Below the pieces are notes generated by a model. That model was not told where the DNA came from. It saw only the letters and a list, made by a program, of their open reading frames with translations, and made no database searches. Shown piece by piece: positions 11,946 to 24,000 of a stretch of 41,689 nt of DNA (positions are counted from its first letter, which is position 1; each line of letters starts with the position of its first letter). Made by a program: the position numbers and the translations under genes. Origin of the DNA: Phoronis australis (lineage: Eukaryota > Animalia > Phoronida); the NCBI GenBank assembly GCA_002633005.1, contig NMRA01000406.1, positions 259,596-301,284 of the forward strand, written 5' to 3'.

Positions 11946-12190
11946 ACGTCTTTAATTCCTTCAAACTAGAACAAATATTCCCGTTACCACATTTTCTCTT
12001 AGAGCAGTCCCTTGTTCAGTTCTCAAAACCGGTAACTGGATATTTTGACACTGCACACGCCAGGGGATGATGTCAAACTACCTGCTGCGTGCAGTGTTAA
12101 AAATGGCCACTTTCCAATTCTGGGATCTGTTCAAAGAAAAAGTTTGATAATGGGAGTATTTGTTCGAGTTGGAAGGGATTAAAGACATCC
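11946..12190. mobile_element. Foldback/MITE-like palindrome of about 245 bp
   Basis: GTCTTTAATTCCTTCAAACTAGAACAAATATTCCCGTTA pairs with TAATGGGAGTATTTGTTCGAGTTGGAAGGGATTAAAGAC; inner TTTTGACACTGCAC pairs with GTGCAGTGTTAAAA. The right part recurs as a direct copy at about 13106-13196. Confidence 0.7.
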
Positions 12191-12225
12191 AGGGCCTCCT
12201 AAGGTGTCCTATGCGCAAAAAGAAT

Positions 12226-12812
12226 TGTAGCAGTAACTGAGATTACCCGACCTGGGAATCAAACCAGCGACCTCCATAAAACCGGCGAGCGTGCTAACCA
12301 TTCAGCTAATAGGCAATTGCCCGTTAGCGAGTAGCTAACAGAGGCTCATATGATTCACCGGAAGCATATCTACAACATTCCCCCCTTTCCTACGGAACAG
12401 GCACGCCACCATGAAGGTGAACACCAGGATATCTCGCATACAGGTCATCAACATCCCTTAGTACCTTTACCACCACAACACAGGTGAACACCACAGGCGT
12501 ACTCAGCTTCTGATCGTCCCCAATACACTACATATAATACTACAAGGTATGACACTTCGGACTTGAAATTCCACGGGTGCTTCACTTCAGCCGTCCATAG
12601 CAAACATAAAACTCAATAAATTTGCACAAAACAGGGGTTCAACAAACCATGAAGAATTGTTCTTTCTCCCAATACCATTCACGGTGTCCTGTTACGGCGA
12701 CTTCGTAAGAAATTCGCAGTCAAAGAACAAAAATGTTCACAAAAAGCCCCCACACACGTTCTCCCTAGGCCCGTCGAGGTCAAGGACGGTTACGGAAATT
12801 GCCGGTGAGTTA
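12226..12812 (-). mobile_element. Non-autonomous LTR element (TRIM-like): 152-bp 3' LTR (12226-12377) with a tRNA-like A/B-box promoter, PPT and non-coding internal region running into the N gap
   Basis: Minus strand: PPT GGAAAGGGGGGAA (12378-12390) directly followed by TGTTGTAG...CTGCTACA. Inside are A box TAGCTGAATGG (12298-12308) and B box GGTTTGATTCC (12255-12265). Confidence 0.6.
12245..12314 (-). pseudogene. tRNA-derived sequence, not a functional tRNA
   Basis: GCCTATTAGCTGAATGGTTAGCACGCTCGCCGGTTTTATGGAGGTCGCTGGTTTGATTCCCAGGTCGGGT. D-arm GCT/AGC and T-arm CTGG/CCAG are visible; the acceptor and anticodon arms are mispaired. Confidence 0.65.
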
Positions 12813-12861
12813 NNNNNNNNNNNNNNNNNNNNNNNNNNNNNNNNNNNNNNNNNNNNNNNNN
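12813..12861. other. Assembly gap (N run)
   Basis: Run of n characters. Confidence 0.99.
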
Positions 12862-13885
12862 TGTTTGTATTTGATAAAAATAAATGCTGTTGATATGACA
12901 TTTAAAAGTCTTTGTGCACATATTTGACATTTTAATGTTTAACAACACGGCAAATGCACGGCTGGTTCCCGGCAGCACGTACGCAAAGGGCGGGAACTTC
13001 AGCTTTCAAAGTTCGCCGGTAGGATCGCAACTTCTGACCTTCGGCCTGGTTAAAAAATGAAAATTTTGATTTCACGATTTTGGGAACTGAAATAGGGACT
13101 CCTCGAAGAAAAAGTTTCATAACGGGAGTATTTGTTCGAGTTGGAAGAACTTAAACACATCGACAACCTCCTAAGGTGTTCCTCTATGCGCAAAAGGTAT
13201 TTATAACAACGTGACTTTGATGGTTTAGTCGGTGCGAGGCATAATTCGCCGAAAAGCTTCCGGCGTACAGAGCGCCTATAGCCTCTACATCGCCTCTGGT
13301 TCGGGCCAACAGAGGCGATGGTCATTGCCTAGATCAAAACAAGACCCAGTTTAGTACTACTGTACTGGACAGATACAGTCACTCACAAGTCCATCAACAC
13401 GAACATGGAACATCTAAAAAGGGATAAAACTGTGCAACTATCAAAATACAGATCACGCTTTTCAAAACATGCATATGAATGATATCGAAAAGTAAAGTGC
13501 AGCACACACGCCAATGTAAAGCACATTTATGGGATTCCTCACCGGGATTTCTTGACGGTCTCCAATAATGGTGGAAGTAACAGAACGAACGCCAAAAGTA
13601 CGCTTGATATGATTGGTTAATATCAGTCACATGAAAAATATAAGCATAATCATGAGTTTGTGAAGAATTTGATTAAACCGATATTTATATTTTTAGGGGA
13701 TAGTTTCATAAGAAAGATATAAAATTACAGTATTCATTTGATTTTTGAAATCTCACTACAGTGGTTCAGGTTGAAATTTTAATGCGTACACAAAACTAAA
13801 TTTCTGTTTTGTATTGCCATTAAGATTTTTTGTTCACGAAGGTAGTAAATGTTGTTTCTAGAGTGTTGTGACGTTGTTATTTCAG

Positions 13886-15316
13886 ATGACAGTTGAATTA
13901 GTTCAAGAAAATTCTGCAGAAACGAGCGAACAAATCATTAAAATGGACAAAGAAGGTCGTCTCGTTAACTCCAAGTACAGTGGATCGATAAGGAATTTGA
14001 TTTTTGCTGTTCTTGGTGCGACGTTCGGACCTATAGCTTTCGGATATGTGATCGGTTATAGCTCTCCAGCGATCCCCGATATGAATAAAGCTGGTTTGCT
14101 TGACGAAACCCAGGCAAGTTGGTTTGGAAGTTTGATGACAATTGGTGGAGTAATCGGCAGCCCATTTGGTGGATGGGCAGTTGATAAATTTGGTCGAAAG
14201 AAAACGATAATCCTAACAAACATACCTTTTCTCACTGGATGGGCACTCATTGTTTTTCCACAGACAACGTACATGTTGTACATCGGTCGTTTCTTGACTG
14301 GCTTTGCATCAGCTATTGTCATTGTTGGCTGCCCATTGTACATTGCAGAGATTTCAACAAAAAGTCTCCGTGGAATGTTTGGTGCATTTGTGCAACTTGG
14401 AATTGTAATTGGAATCCTCATTGTGTATGCCCTTGGACTAAAATTGGGGTGGGCGGAACTTGGTCAGTGTGCATTTATTTTTCCTCTCCTGTCAGCATTA
14501 CTAATGATGTGCATGCCTGAGACACCAAGATGGCTATTGATGAACAATCAGCGAAATGATGCTTTGAGGGCATTAACATTTCTACGTGGCCAACATGTGG
14601 ATGTTGAGGATGAGGTGCGTGACATGGAAGAAAGTTTTGATCCGCATGAGTCATTATCGTTGAAGGAGTTTGATAAACCTGAGCTGAAGCAACCATTAAA
14701 AGTGGGTGTAGGACTGATGATCTTCCAACAGTTCAGTGGAATCAACGTCGTTATGTTTTATACAGTTTCTATTTTCGAAGCAGCTGGCTTAAAAGAACAA
14801 GGAGCTATTAACACTGTTATTATTGGCGTTGTACAAGTCATCATGTCTGGCATCGCAGCTTTACTTATGGATCGCCTGGGCCGACGGCTACTTCTTCTAG
14901 CTGGGGGAGTTGGAATGAGCATTTCGTGCATTATGTTTGGTGCTTACTTTTCCCTGCCCCCAGGGCACTATGGGTCTCTAGCCTTGGCTAGTCTCATTCT
15001 CTATATTGTGATGTTCAGTCTTGGCTGGGGACCCATACCTATGCTTCTCACGTCAGAGATCTTTCCTGCCAAGGCACGTGGCACTGCTGCTTCAATTGTT
15101 GTCATATCAAATTGGATCTCTGCATTCTTTGTCACTAAGTTTTATTTTACACTTCAAGGGTTGGCTGGCCAGGCTGGGGCATTTTGGTTCTTTGGAGCCT
15201 GCATTGCGCTAGGGACATGGTTTGTGTTCAAGTTTGTCCCCGAGACCAAAGGAAAATCTTTAGAAGACATTGAACTTTACTTCCTTGGTCGTGCAATACA
15301 CACCAGGGGTGTGTGA
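13886..15316 (+). CDS. SLC2A8: MFS sugar porter, GLUT8/GLUT6 (class III SLC2)/Tret1-like, intronless CDS, 476 aa
   Basis: Long ORF with about 12 hydrophobic segments and sugar-porter motifs DKFGRK, PLYIAEIS, PETPRWL, QQFSGINVVMFY, DRLGRR, GWGPIPMLLTSEIFP and VPETKGKSLEDIE. The first ATG (13886) directly follows a TTATTTCAG acceptor-like site. AATAAA lies near 15332. The exact ortholog (SLC2A8 vs Tret1-like) is uncertain. Confidence 0.9.
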   Translation: MTVELVQENSAETSEQIIKMDKEGRLVNSKYSGSIRNLIFAVLGATFGPIAFGYVIGYSSPAIPDMNKAGLLDETQASWFGSLMTIGGVIGSPFGGWAVDKFGRKKTIILTNIPFLTGWALIVFPQTTYMLYIGRFLTGFASAIVIVGCPLYIAEISTKSLRGMFGAFVQLGIVIGILIVYALGLKLGWAELGQCAFIFPLLSALLMMCMPETPRWLLMNNQRNDALRALTFLRGQHVDVEDEVRDMEESFDPHESLSLKEFDKPELKQPLKVGVGLMIFQQFSGINVVMFYTVSIFEAAGLKEQGAINTVIIGVVQVIMSGIAALLMDRLGRRLLLLAGGVGMSISCIMFGAYFSLPPGHYGSLALASLILYIVMFSLGWGPIPMLLTSEIFPAKARGTAASIVVISNWISAFFVTKFYFTLQGLAGQAGAFWFFGACIALGTWFVFKFVPETKGKSLEDIELYFLGRAIHTRGV

Positions 15317-16096
15317 AGCTTGGTAAATGAAAATAAAAATTCAAGCAGCCATTTCATTTCTGTTGTTTTGACAGGTAATAGTCACGTCATCTGTTGGTTT
15401 TCTGTGAATTTTCGAAGGTTGATACTACCGTCGTCTTGGTCCGGCATTTGTTGTCTGGCATGCTGCGTCCACTGCTGTATCTCCTAAAATACTTGCAAGA
15501 TCTTCATGAAATTTCGCAGGTATGCTCCCATGATGCTGACAAAAGATGACACCTTTCGATAGAGTATGTTCCCCCTAGTGGCCATTTTATTGTTTTTCTT
15601 TTTACTCTTTTTGACATTTGTCTGTCTATTGGCCAAACCATGAAATTTTGCAGATGAATTTGCATGAAGAGAGTGTTGCTGACATTGATTTTCCAGTGGG
15701 TTGGAACAGTGTGATGCCTCCTGGTGGCAGTTATCATTCTTGTCGGGGCAAGTTTAGGTATATGCGTTTACCTCTGCATCTTCGGAGTTTCTGGACAGAT
15801 TTTTCTCAAATCTGACAAATGGGTCAGGAAGATGATGAGGCCTTCCCATTGTGGGACTGATTCAAGCAGTGCCAATAAACACCTGTACAAGTATACCACA
15901 TGGGGTGCTGTCATGGGCAGATTATGACATTTTGTGTTGCGCTTGTTCGATTGTTTAGCTGTTACAATTCTCACCCTGTCAGATACTACATGTATGTTAA
16001 AAGGACACTACACCTGGTTTTAGTTTGTAATAGGGATTGCCTGGTTTTTATCTGTCAAAAGTTGGAGCAATTTTGAAAACTCACATATGCCCAATC

Positions 16097-16403
16097 GGCA
16101 AGTGTCACTGACAACTTGTGCAAGTGTGACTGACAACTTGTACAAGTGTGACTGACAGTTTGGGCAAGTGTGACTGACAATTTGGGCGAGTGTGACTGAC
16201 AGTTTGGGCAAGTGTGACTGACAATTTGGGCAAGTGTGACTGACAATTTGGGCAAGTGTGACTGGCAACTTGTGCAAGTGTGACTGACAACTTGGGCAAG
16301 TGTGACTGACAATTTGGGCAAGTGTGACTGATAGTTTGTGCAATTGTGAGTGACAATTTGGGCAAGTGTGACTGGCAACTTGTGCAAGTGTGACTGACAA
16401 CTT
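16097..16403. repeat. 22-bp minisatellite x about 14
   Basis: Unit CAAGTGTGACTGACAATTTGGG; an orphan unit lies near 16543-16567. Confidence 0.95.
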
Positions 16404-19400
16404 TTTGCTTTTTAACATAGCGCCTACCCACCGTCAAAAAGTCAGGTTCCGCGAGTTCAACATACCTTTAAAATTCAATGCTCTAGGCGATACGATGGGC
16501 ATTGGTCGCCTACTTGCCTCTAATTTTACCACTACAGCACTGTGGGCAAGTGTAACTGACAGTTTGCTTGAGTTAACTGATGGCTTCGGACAGACTGTTT
16601 TGTCTCTTTTGTGACACAGCGAGGAAGAATTTTGACTGAATAATTTGTTCACCAGGGTGACCCTAATCATGCAGCAATTGGCAGGCCCAGTTTTGAGGGA
16701 ATTCACCAAAATAGGCTTTTAATTAACTGATCTTAAGTTGTCAATAATCTTACTAAATGTGACATTTGGTTTGTGGCCTGTGAAATAACTTGCTGTTTTT
16801 TGCGTGCAAAGTCAGTAAGCAAGGTATGAGGATAACTGGTTACTTTTTAAAGCACCGGAAAAGTGGTGGTAGGGTATTTAGTCGTGTTCATGCAGAGGGT
16901 TATATGTGCTGTACCATTTGGTTTTGTTGTAGCTACTGCTTAATTCTATTTATCTCTATTGGTGCTTGAAATTTTAAATTACTATTTTTATTAATTGATA
17001 TTTGAAAAGGCCTCCAAGAGTGGCTTGGAGGCTTATGGATAATTTGCAAATTGGGACCATATCTGGTTTGATGTACTTTCGTGGAAGAATGTATTCTGTT
17101 TAACTCTGTTGAGTTAGGTACAATGGTGAACCTACACTAATAAGGGCCAGTCACATTTGTCGTTGAGCTTCGGAATATAGGTATCAGGGAGTTGTGTTTT
17201 TCAAAAATCTTGGGAATTGCCAGGACTAAAGCCTTGTTATGTAGGTGAAGTTGTGGACTGTTTGGCCAATTCACGGAGAGAGTTTGAAACATGCTTAACT
17301 TCGACCTCAGTGGACGTCTTTTGGGTGATTTCGTAAGTTTTGTGAAAACTTGTACCGACACATTGATGTAAATTATAAGTCATTTAGCAGTCAAGACCGA
17401 CGGTAATGACGTAAAGTAGTGCGAGATTATCGACTCCATCAGAGGAGACATTTTTAACATGCTCACAAATAGGTGCCTGGCGACCATTCTTGACAGCATT
17501 TTGTTCTCGATTGACGTTAAAAATCCAATCCAAAGAGTCGTGTGTTCAAGTTTAACGTAGTGAATGTGATGAGGATTTAAAACAGCTATCGAGTGGTCGG
17601 AAAAAGTCTTCGAACGATAACTTTTTCAAATGCCGGTTCCCATTGAACCATGCAAGTTACAGGGGTGGATTTTGTCGTGCTAGGTTTCCTAGCAACCCAT
17701 GGTATGCCTATTGGTTCTATGCTTTAGTGTATCACATTTATTTCTTGAGACCTTAGACTGAACGTGACTGGCGCTTAATACTTTCATCATCGGGGTTTAT
17801 TAGTTGTACTTACAGTTCAGTGCTTCTCATCAATTTGTTTTAATATTACTAAGACTAATATTTTTCGTTAGAGATGCTGTCAAGTCTTATCAGGTGTAAT
17901 GTGATTTTGCGGTACAGTCGAGCCTCGTTACAGCGAGCATCAGGGGACCTTCGTTATGTTGGTTTTCACCAGGTAGACATGTACACGTTAAGTTAAACCT
18001 GTTCACGTTCCGTAGATGCCAGACACTCGCGAAAAATTTGGGGCAAGATTCGTTTATGGAATGGAAATAGTGAATTCTATCCCAAAATAATTTAAGATTC
18101 CAACCTGACGGACCGACCAGTGGCTACCGACCGTTTTGCTATTATACTAGGTAAGGTCCCGAGCAAACTCGCTAAACATTCGCATTCCGATTTTGGTTTT
18201 ACCCGAGTGGTACGTGCATCAATGAAATACGCCCCTGGACTTGGACGTGGTATCGCGGTTAACGTTCTGAGCAGGGTGCGTTGTAACGAGATTCGACTGA
18301 AGAGGATGCGCTTGGTACACAGTGATGTTATCAGTTATGATTCTTAGTTTGCGCAAAAGAAGAGTGTTCTGAAATGTCTTCTGTCGCTGAAAGGTCCTTA
18401 ACAAAAAATGCAACTTTGTCTGAGAATCTCGTTTGGGGGTTTTCTTGTTTATGTTATTTGTTTAATAAATTTAAGTTGGTGAATACTTCTGAAATTTTCT
18501 TAAAGATTTATACATCCTTCACATGGCGTCCGATAAATGTAGATCGAACGTTTAATGCGCCGTCAATGGATCTGACTTCTTACCATTAGAAGGGTGCATT
18601 TGGTAGTTCTGCCTTCTTTCGAGTGCATAAGTATCACCAAATGCAATTACTCATGCTGTGGACATTTTATACCTGTAGTTGCGTGGAATTGCCGAAGTCC
18701 ATTTCTTTAGAGACACGTTTCGAATGCCGCGGCGTTAAACCCGTCCCGTTTCTGTCAAAACAAGCTTTGATTTAGACCACTTTCCTATACAAAATTGACC
18801 TTATCTTGTTTTTTTTTTTGTTTGCTCAGTTTAAAGTTATCTCTTAATTGACTCGTGAAGAGCTCGAGGTTTGTTATTTCTTCAGGCAAAACTCGTGTAT
18901 GAGATCCGTCTGGCGGAGAAAATAACGAATTGGCAGTTCTCAGCCTGGAAACCCTCATCTGAGCAAAGAACGATTTGAGATCACTTCTAAGTGGCCTAAA
19001 ATAAAACTTATTTTGCATAAAGCACGGGTTCAATGCAGTTTTGATATCTGACGTTTTCGATGTGAATTTGAGCAGGTGACTGGATATATCTTTCGAATGA
19101 CGTGAAACAGGCTTATTTTTAATTAATTTGAGCGGTATCAGAAGCACAACTATGTTTTTAGCGTTCGAATACTGTAAGTCAGTGGTACACTCTAACTTTT
19201 CCGTTTTGCGTTAAAATTTTAGTTTGTCGCTGTGTAGCTGACTAAAAACGAAAATCGAATCAGAACCTTTATTCTCACAAAACCAGTCTCATAACATTCC
19301 TTACTATACCGCGAGGGATTTCATTTCCGTTCGCAAGAAATAGGCCTAGTGCGAGTCCCGGGAAATGGTGTACTTCAAGTATCCTGACGTCACATGACAG

Positions 19401-20850
19401 AGGTTGATTAAAGCAAATTTGAAATTAACACTGCTTGCTTAATATCAAAAAGCAAAGTATTCTGTGCTGTGATTGAAATAGAGTGATACTGGATTTCTGC
19501 TTGATTATTTGAGTATCAGTAAAAAATCTCCGCCATAGAACATGTCATTGGGCGCTTTCGAGACACGAGTTATATACAGGATGGCGCATACCTGACTGCT
19601 AAGTCGGCGACAAAGTTTCTATAATGGCTTGTCACAAGACAGTTTTAGTTGGCTTGCCTCCAGACCATATTAATTTCTAACCCACTATGGGACACATAGT
19701 GTGATTATTCATCTTCGTATCTTTCTATTCATAGGTACATATACTCATCATAATCTAAACTTTGCGTACTTTACATTTGATAATTAATTAGTGCAATGCA
19801 TGTATAATTAATTGTCATTTGACTGAGCTAGCTCATAGTTTCCCGAGTGCACTATTTCCCAACTCAAGTCACACTCGAGGCTTATGCGTACGTGCACCAT
19901 TTTCGAATTTGCAATTTTAGGATTGGCCAACCTCAACAGAGTCTCAAGCGTTTGCTCGGTGTTCTTGCTGGTAATGGAAATAAAGTTCTGTCTTGGTAAA
20001 ATATATGAGAGTAAAAGTGCCAATTAGTTTTTAACCAGCTGAACAAGGCGAAATGGGGCTTTAACTGTTCCTGATATTTTAGAACTGACTCCCACTGAAA
20101 TTGGATATCAAATCGTTTGGCTGTTCCCACGGCCCTTTTTGATTTTGGGATGGGTCCGGGGGTTAGGATCCGGTCATGAAGCGCTGTGATTTTCGTCAGC
20201 TCGATCACGTCTATTAGTGGGCTTGGCTCGTCAGCGCGTGCCTCGACAAAATTGATGTGTAACGTCAAAACTGCCTTACGCGGGACCATTGCATGGAACA
20301 TAGACCTAATTAGATACGTAAAGCGCGGGTATATACCATTCACACACATTATTTCAACATCATTTCTAAAGTACTCCAACTTGCTGTTTATGTGATACTG
20401 TTGTTTACTCCACTAATCACAAATTTAATCTAGTATTTTATCTTTGTGTCTACATTCGGAATGCATCGTGAAACAGGGAACGTCAGTGCGTTTTCGGTTA
20501 AAAATTTTGTTTCAAAATTTGGATGCTTATGGCGTTGAATGGCGAAAATACGTGACTACTAGCGTCGACACGTGTGTTGAATAAAATGAATACTTAAAAC
20601 GCTTGTCGTTTTCGCTTCAACGACCAGTTCACGGACAGCTCGTCTCGTTATTAACAAAAACACCGCGTTTTAGTAGGTAAAGGTGTTGCCGCTTTCGCCT
20701 CTTCCCAATATCGAGGACTGCCTGAATTCCAGCATCAACGACACCAGGTGGAAAGACAATTACCCCCCCCCCGCCATCATTATCAGTGTGGGCAGAGCAA
20801 GAATACATAGCCTCCCCTGGCCTAATGTCACAAATCGCCGAATTGCAGCA

Positions 20851-21003
20851 ATGGTTTGGTTGTTTATAATATTGTCTCTTGCTGTGACGGTTAACGGTCA
20901 CGGTCGCCTGATCGACCCGCCGTCACGGTCGAGCGCCTGGAGGTTCGGGTATCCCACTCCAGTGAATTACAACGACATTGGCTTGTACTGCGGAGGTGTA
21001 GGG
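20851..21003 (+). CDS. AA15 LPMO exon 1 (signal peptide plus His1)
   Basis: ATG 20851, ...YNDIGLYCGGVG, donor GGG|GTAAGT. Confidence 0.88.
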
Positions 21004-24000
21004 GTAAGTGCAGCATTAAATTTTGACCCCTGTAAACAGTTGGTCGGTTTCAAAGGGGTCATTTTTCAACATAGACAGTGATCTTGGTCGGTTTTGGTCC
21101 TCTTGCATTTCCAAAAAGACAAGAAGCCTCACGCTCATGGACGAATCCGAAACTTACGGGATTCAAAGGTATATTTGGGTAAATTAGGTAATTCGGTAGA
21201 CAATGGTTAGTTCTGGTGTGTTACAATCAAGCTTAGTAATAATTTCACCCAGTGGAGGCGCTGGAACACTGGCACGTGAACACGAGGATTTACCGTCATC
21301 CTTGTTCCACAAAATTGCTTGGGAACAAAAGCGTAAAGATTGTTTTACAATGAGCAGTCAGTACAATCCCAGGTGAACAATCTTGTGAGAACGAGCAAGT
21401 TGTGCCTTGTCACTGTTATAGCAGTCCTCATCATCAACCGAATTACCGTAAAGATAAACAAGAAGTGAAAGACATTCAACCTTTATCACGTTTCACTTAT
21501 TTTTTTAATAGTATCTGATATACATGATCATAATTGTAGAAAATTTCTGGGTTACCGTGCTGCCTATGTATCTTCATATATTTTCCTAAAATTCGACTAA
21601 CAGGTTGCTATTAAGGAGACGACAACACATTCCCATTTTCGGATAGATGTAATGTTTTCGGTGCCAGCTGATGAACATTTAAATTTTTTTGCATACGTTT
21701 TTTGAGTCCGCCTGTTTCTACCAACACTCGGTTCATCATGAAAACTAAAGGTTGTGTTCCTAATGGAAGACCGCAGATGACGTTGATTTTGGGACGATTT
21801 TGACTACTCTTGCTCTACCTTGAGACAATTTTGCTTTCATGCGTCTTCGGCTGTATCTCCTTAAAGGAGAATGCCACCCGATTTTATTAGTCTTTTTTAC
21901 CGTCTTAATCGGTCTATATCCACCTCACCTCTTATACGGTCGACCTCACCTTGCCGAGAGGTGTTGCGTTAACCTGTGAGGAAGGTGAGAAACGACGCAA
22001 CGACGTCAGTGGTTCGTCTGCCGAGTTAATGCCGCTATATTGCGGTGCATTCCCGCTAGTCCGAACTATGAAGCTGCGAAGAAAGCTGGTATATCGTTTT
22101 TTCGACTTCCTCGAGAGCCCGAAAGGCTTAGGAAGTGGCTCGCGGTAGTGAAGAATGAAAGGTACGCTGTTAATAGCAAGTATGAGGCCGTGAAACATCT
22201 CCGTGTCTGTGGCAGACATTTCGTCGACAGTCACGGTGATTTTTCTGACGAATTCCGGCTTACCAAAGAACTATCTATCCGTTGTCTGTGCATGTTCACG
22301 GCGCCTCTCTAGTATTTCTTGATCAGTGTACTTCGGTTCGAACTGAAAGCATATGAAACCTAACGATCCGACCCGTGAAGTCTTCGTCGCATGAGCTCTT
22401 GACTAAGTCGGGCTTAGCGGGCCGAGCGAGTTGCCATGTATTCTGCGCTCTGTTTCAAATGAATTATTCCCATCCTAATCAATGCTTATATAAAACTGAA
22501 TCTGTCTCATTAGATTCAATTTGTAATCACTCTGAAGTGCAAATGTTGAGAAGCTAGCAATGAATAAACCACTGCGTTACCGGCTTTTGATGCCGGCAAT
22601 AAAGGTAATTGACCGGGCACCGAGGCCGTGTGAGCGCATGCTAATATATTCAGTGTTTGCTGAGAGAAAGCTGTTGTGAAACAATTACTCGATTTTATAT
22701 GCTATGGTCACAGGATGAGGGAATCTTTATTTAGAAATGCAAAATAATACATTATTCAAATCATTGTTAATGTACAAACTTTGCCCTGACGGTCTGTGGA
22801 AGGGGAACCCGACTTCGCGGCCCCCGACAAGTAAGTAAGGCTAATTCACGTAAATAATTACGTGCAAATTATTTCTTTGGCTCAGTATTATAGTCTTTTG
22901 GCTCTGACTGGAGGTTTAGTTTCCAACTCAAGCTGGTTGTGTTCATGCCAGTCCCGGCGGCCGCGAAGGGCCTGATCGGGTTCCGATCCACTGGCCGGGA
23001 TAACAAGCGTTTTATGTGTTTAGAACTAAAAAAACCACAAGTCTAAACAACACAGAATTAGGTTCTTTTGTCTGTATTTCACGGAAGAATACTTCGAATT
23101 TATCAAACTCCTGCTACGGACCTCGGTAAATTGGCCTGCCGAACTTTGCAGGTGTCCAAATACTAATGGATCCGTAACAGCGAAATAAAACAACACGTTT
23201 TTATAAGAGCTCAGCGTATTTTTAAGGGTTTTACATCGAAGTTTGGTGATTTATTGTTGTTAAACGACGAATTTAAGCGATAAGCTGACACTAGTAACCC
23301 GTGTTGTGAATTGCTGAACAGAATGCGTGTGAAACCAATGACGTCATTGGATAATTTCAACACCTCCGTCTGCCGTCAGGTAACGCAACCGAACGCCGTG
23401 CCGTTATCGAGTAGAACTACTCAATCTAAATTGATACAAAAAGCTTGTTTTTTTTCGGTGGCATTCTCCTTTAACCCTTTGAAGGATATTTACGAATTTT
23501 GACAGATGGACTCCTATAGAGATGGCACCAGATGACAATGGCTGTGTCTACCTCTTGTCACCCTTATTCATTTTTGCGTATGCTTTTTGTGTGTTAGGAG
23601 TTCATAAAATTTTGTAAACAGTTGCGTTAGGAAGACGGGCCACCCACTCAATTCGGATAGGTTTGACCAATGAGATAAATTAAGGATGTATAAAGCTCAT
23701 TGGGTTTGACATATTCTACATCATCTATTGCAAACTAAAAAACACCCGCAGAAGCACATTGTTTACGGTGCTGTCGTAGGCGCATGGCGTTGTTCTTGTT
23801 AATATTGAATACCTACACTTCGGTTATTTTTTCGCGGTGTCAACATTCAATGCGACACCGACACAATGTTTTTAGAGACGGAGTCCGTAACTTTTGACTT
23901 GAGCGTCGTGAAACAGGCTCAGGCTTAGATATTGAGACATGGGCTAAGGCTTAGATATAGAGACATGGGCTAAGGCTTAGATATAGAGACATGGGCTAAG

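Noticed and set aside
12245-12314. Functional tRNA gene
   Set aside because: Acceptor and anticodon stems do not pair properly, the T-loop reads TTTGA, and it sits inside an LTR-like unit.
14031-15212. Antisense and alternate-frame ORFs over the transporter
   Set aside because: Shadow ORFs of the real CDS with no independent features.
16097-16403. CRISPR-like appearance of regular repeats (also 5033-5360)
   Set aside because: Units are head-to-tail with no unique spacers, there are no cas genes and the context is eukaryotic.
16020-16437. Three overlapping Cys/His-rich ORFs (SHTCPNCQ repeats) resembling zinc fingers or metallothionein
   Set aside because: Artefact of a stop-free 22-bp minisatellite read in all three minus frames; no splice or start context.
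20683-20850. N-terminal extension of the LPMO ORF in the ORF track
   Set aside because: It starts at a non-ATG codon; the ATG at 20851 gives a proper signal peptide ending just before the catalytic His1.
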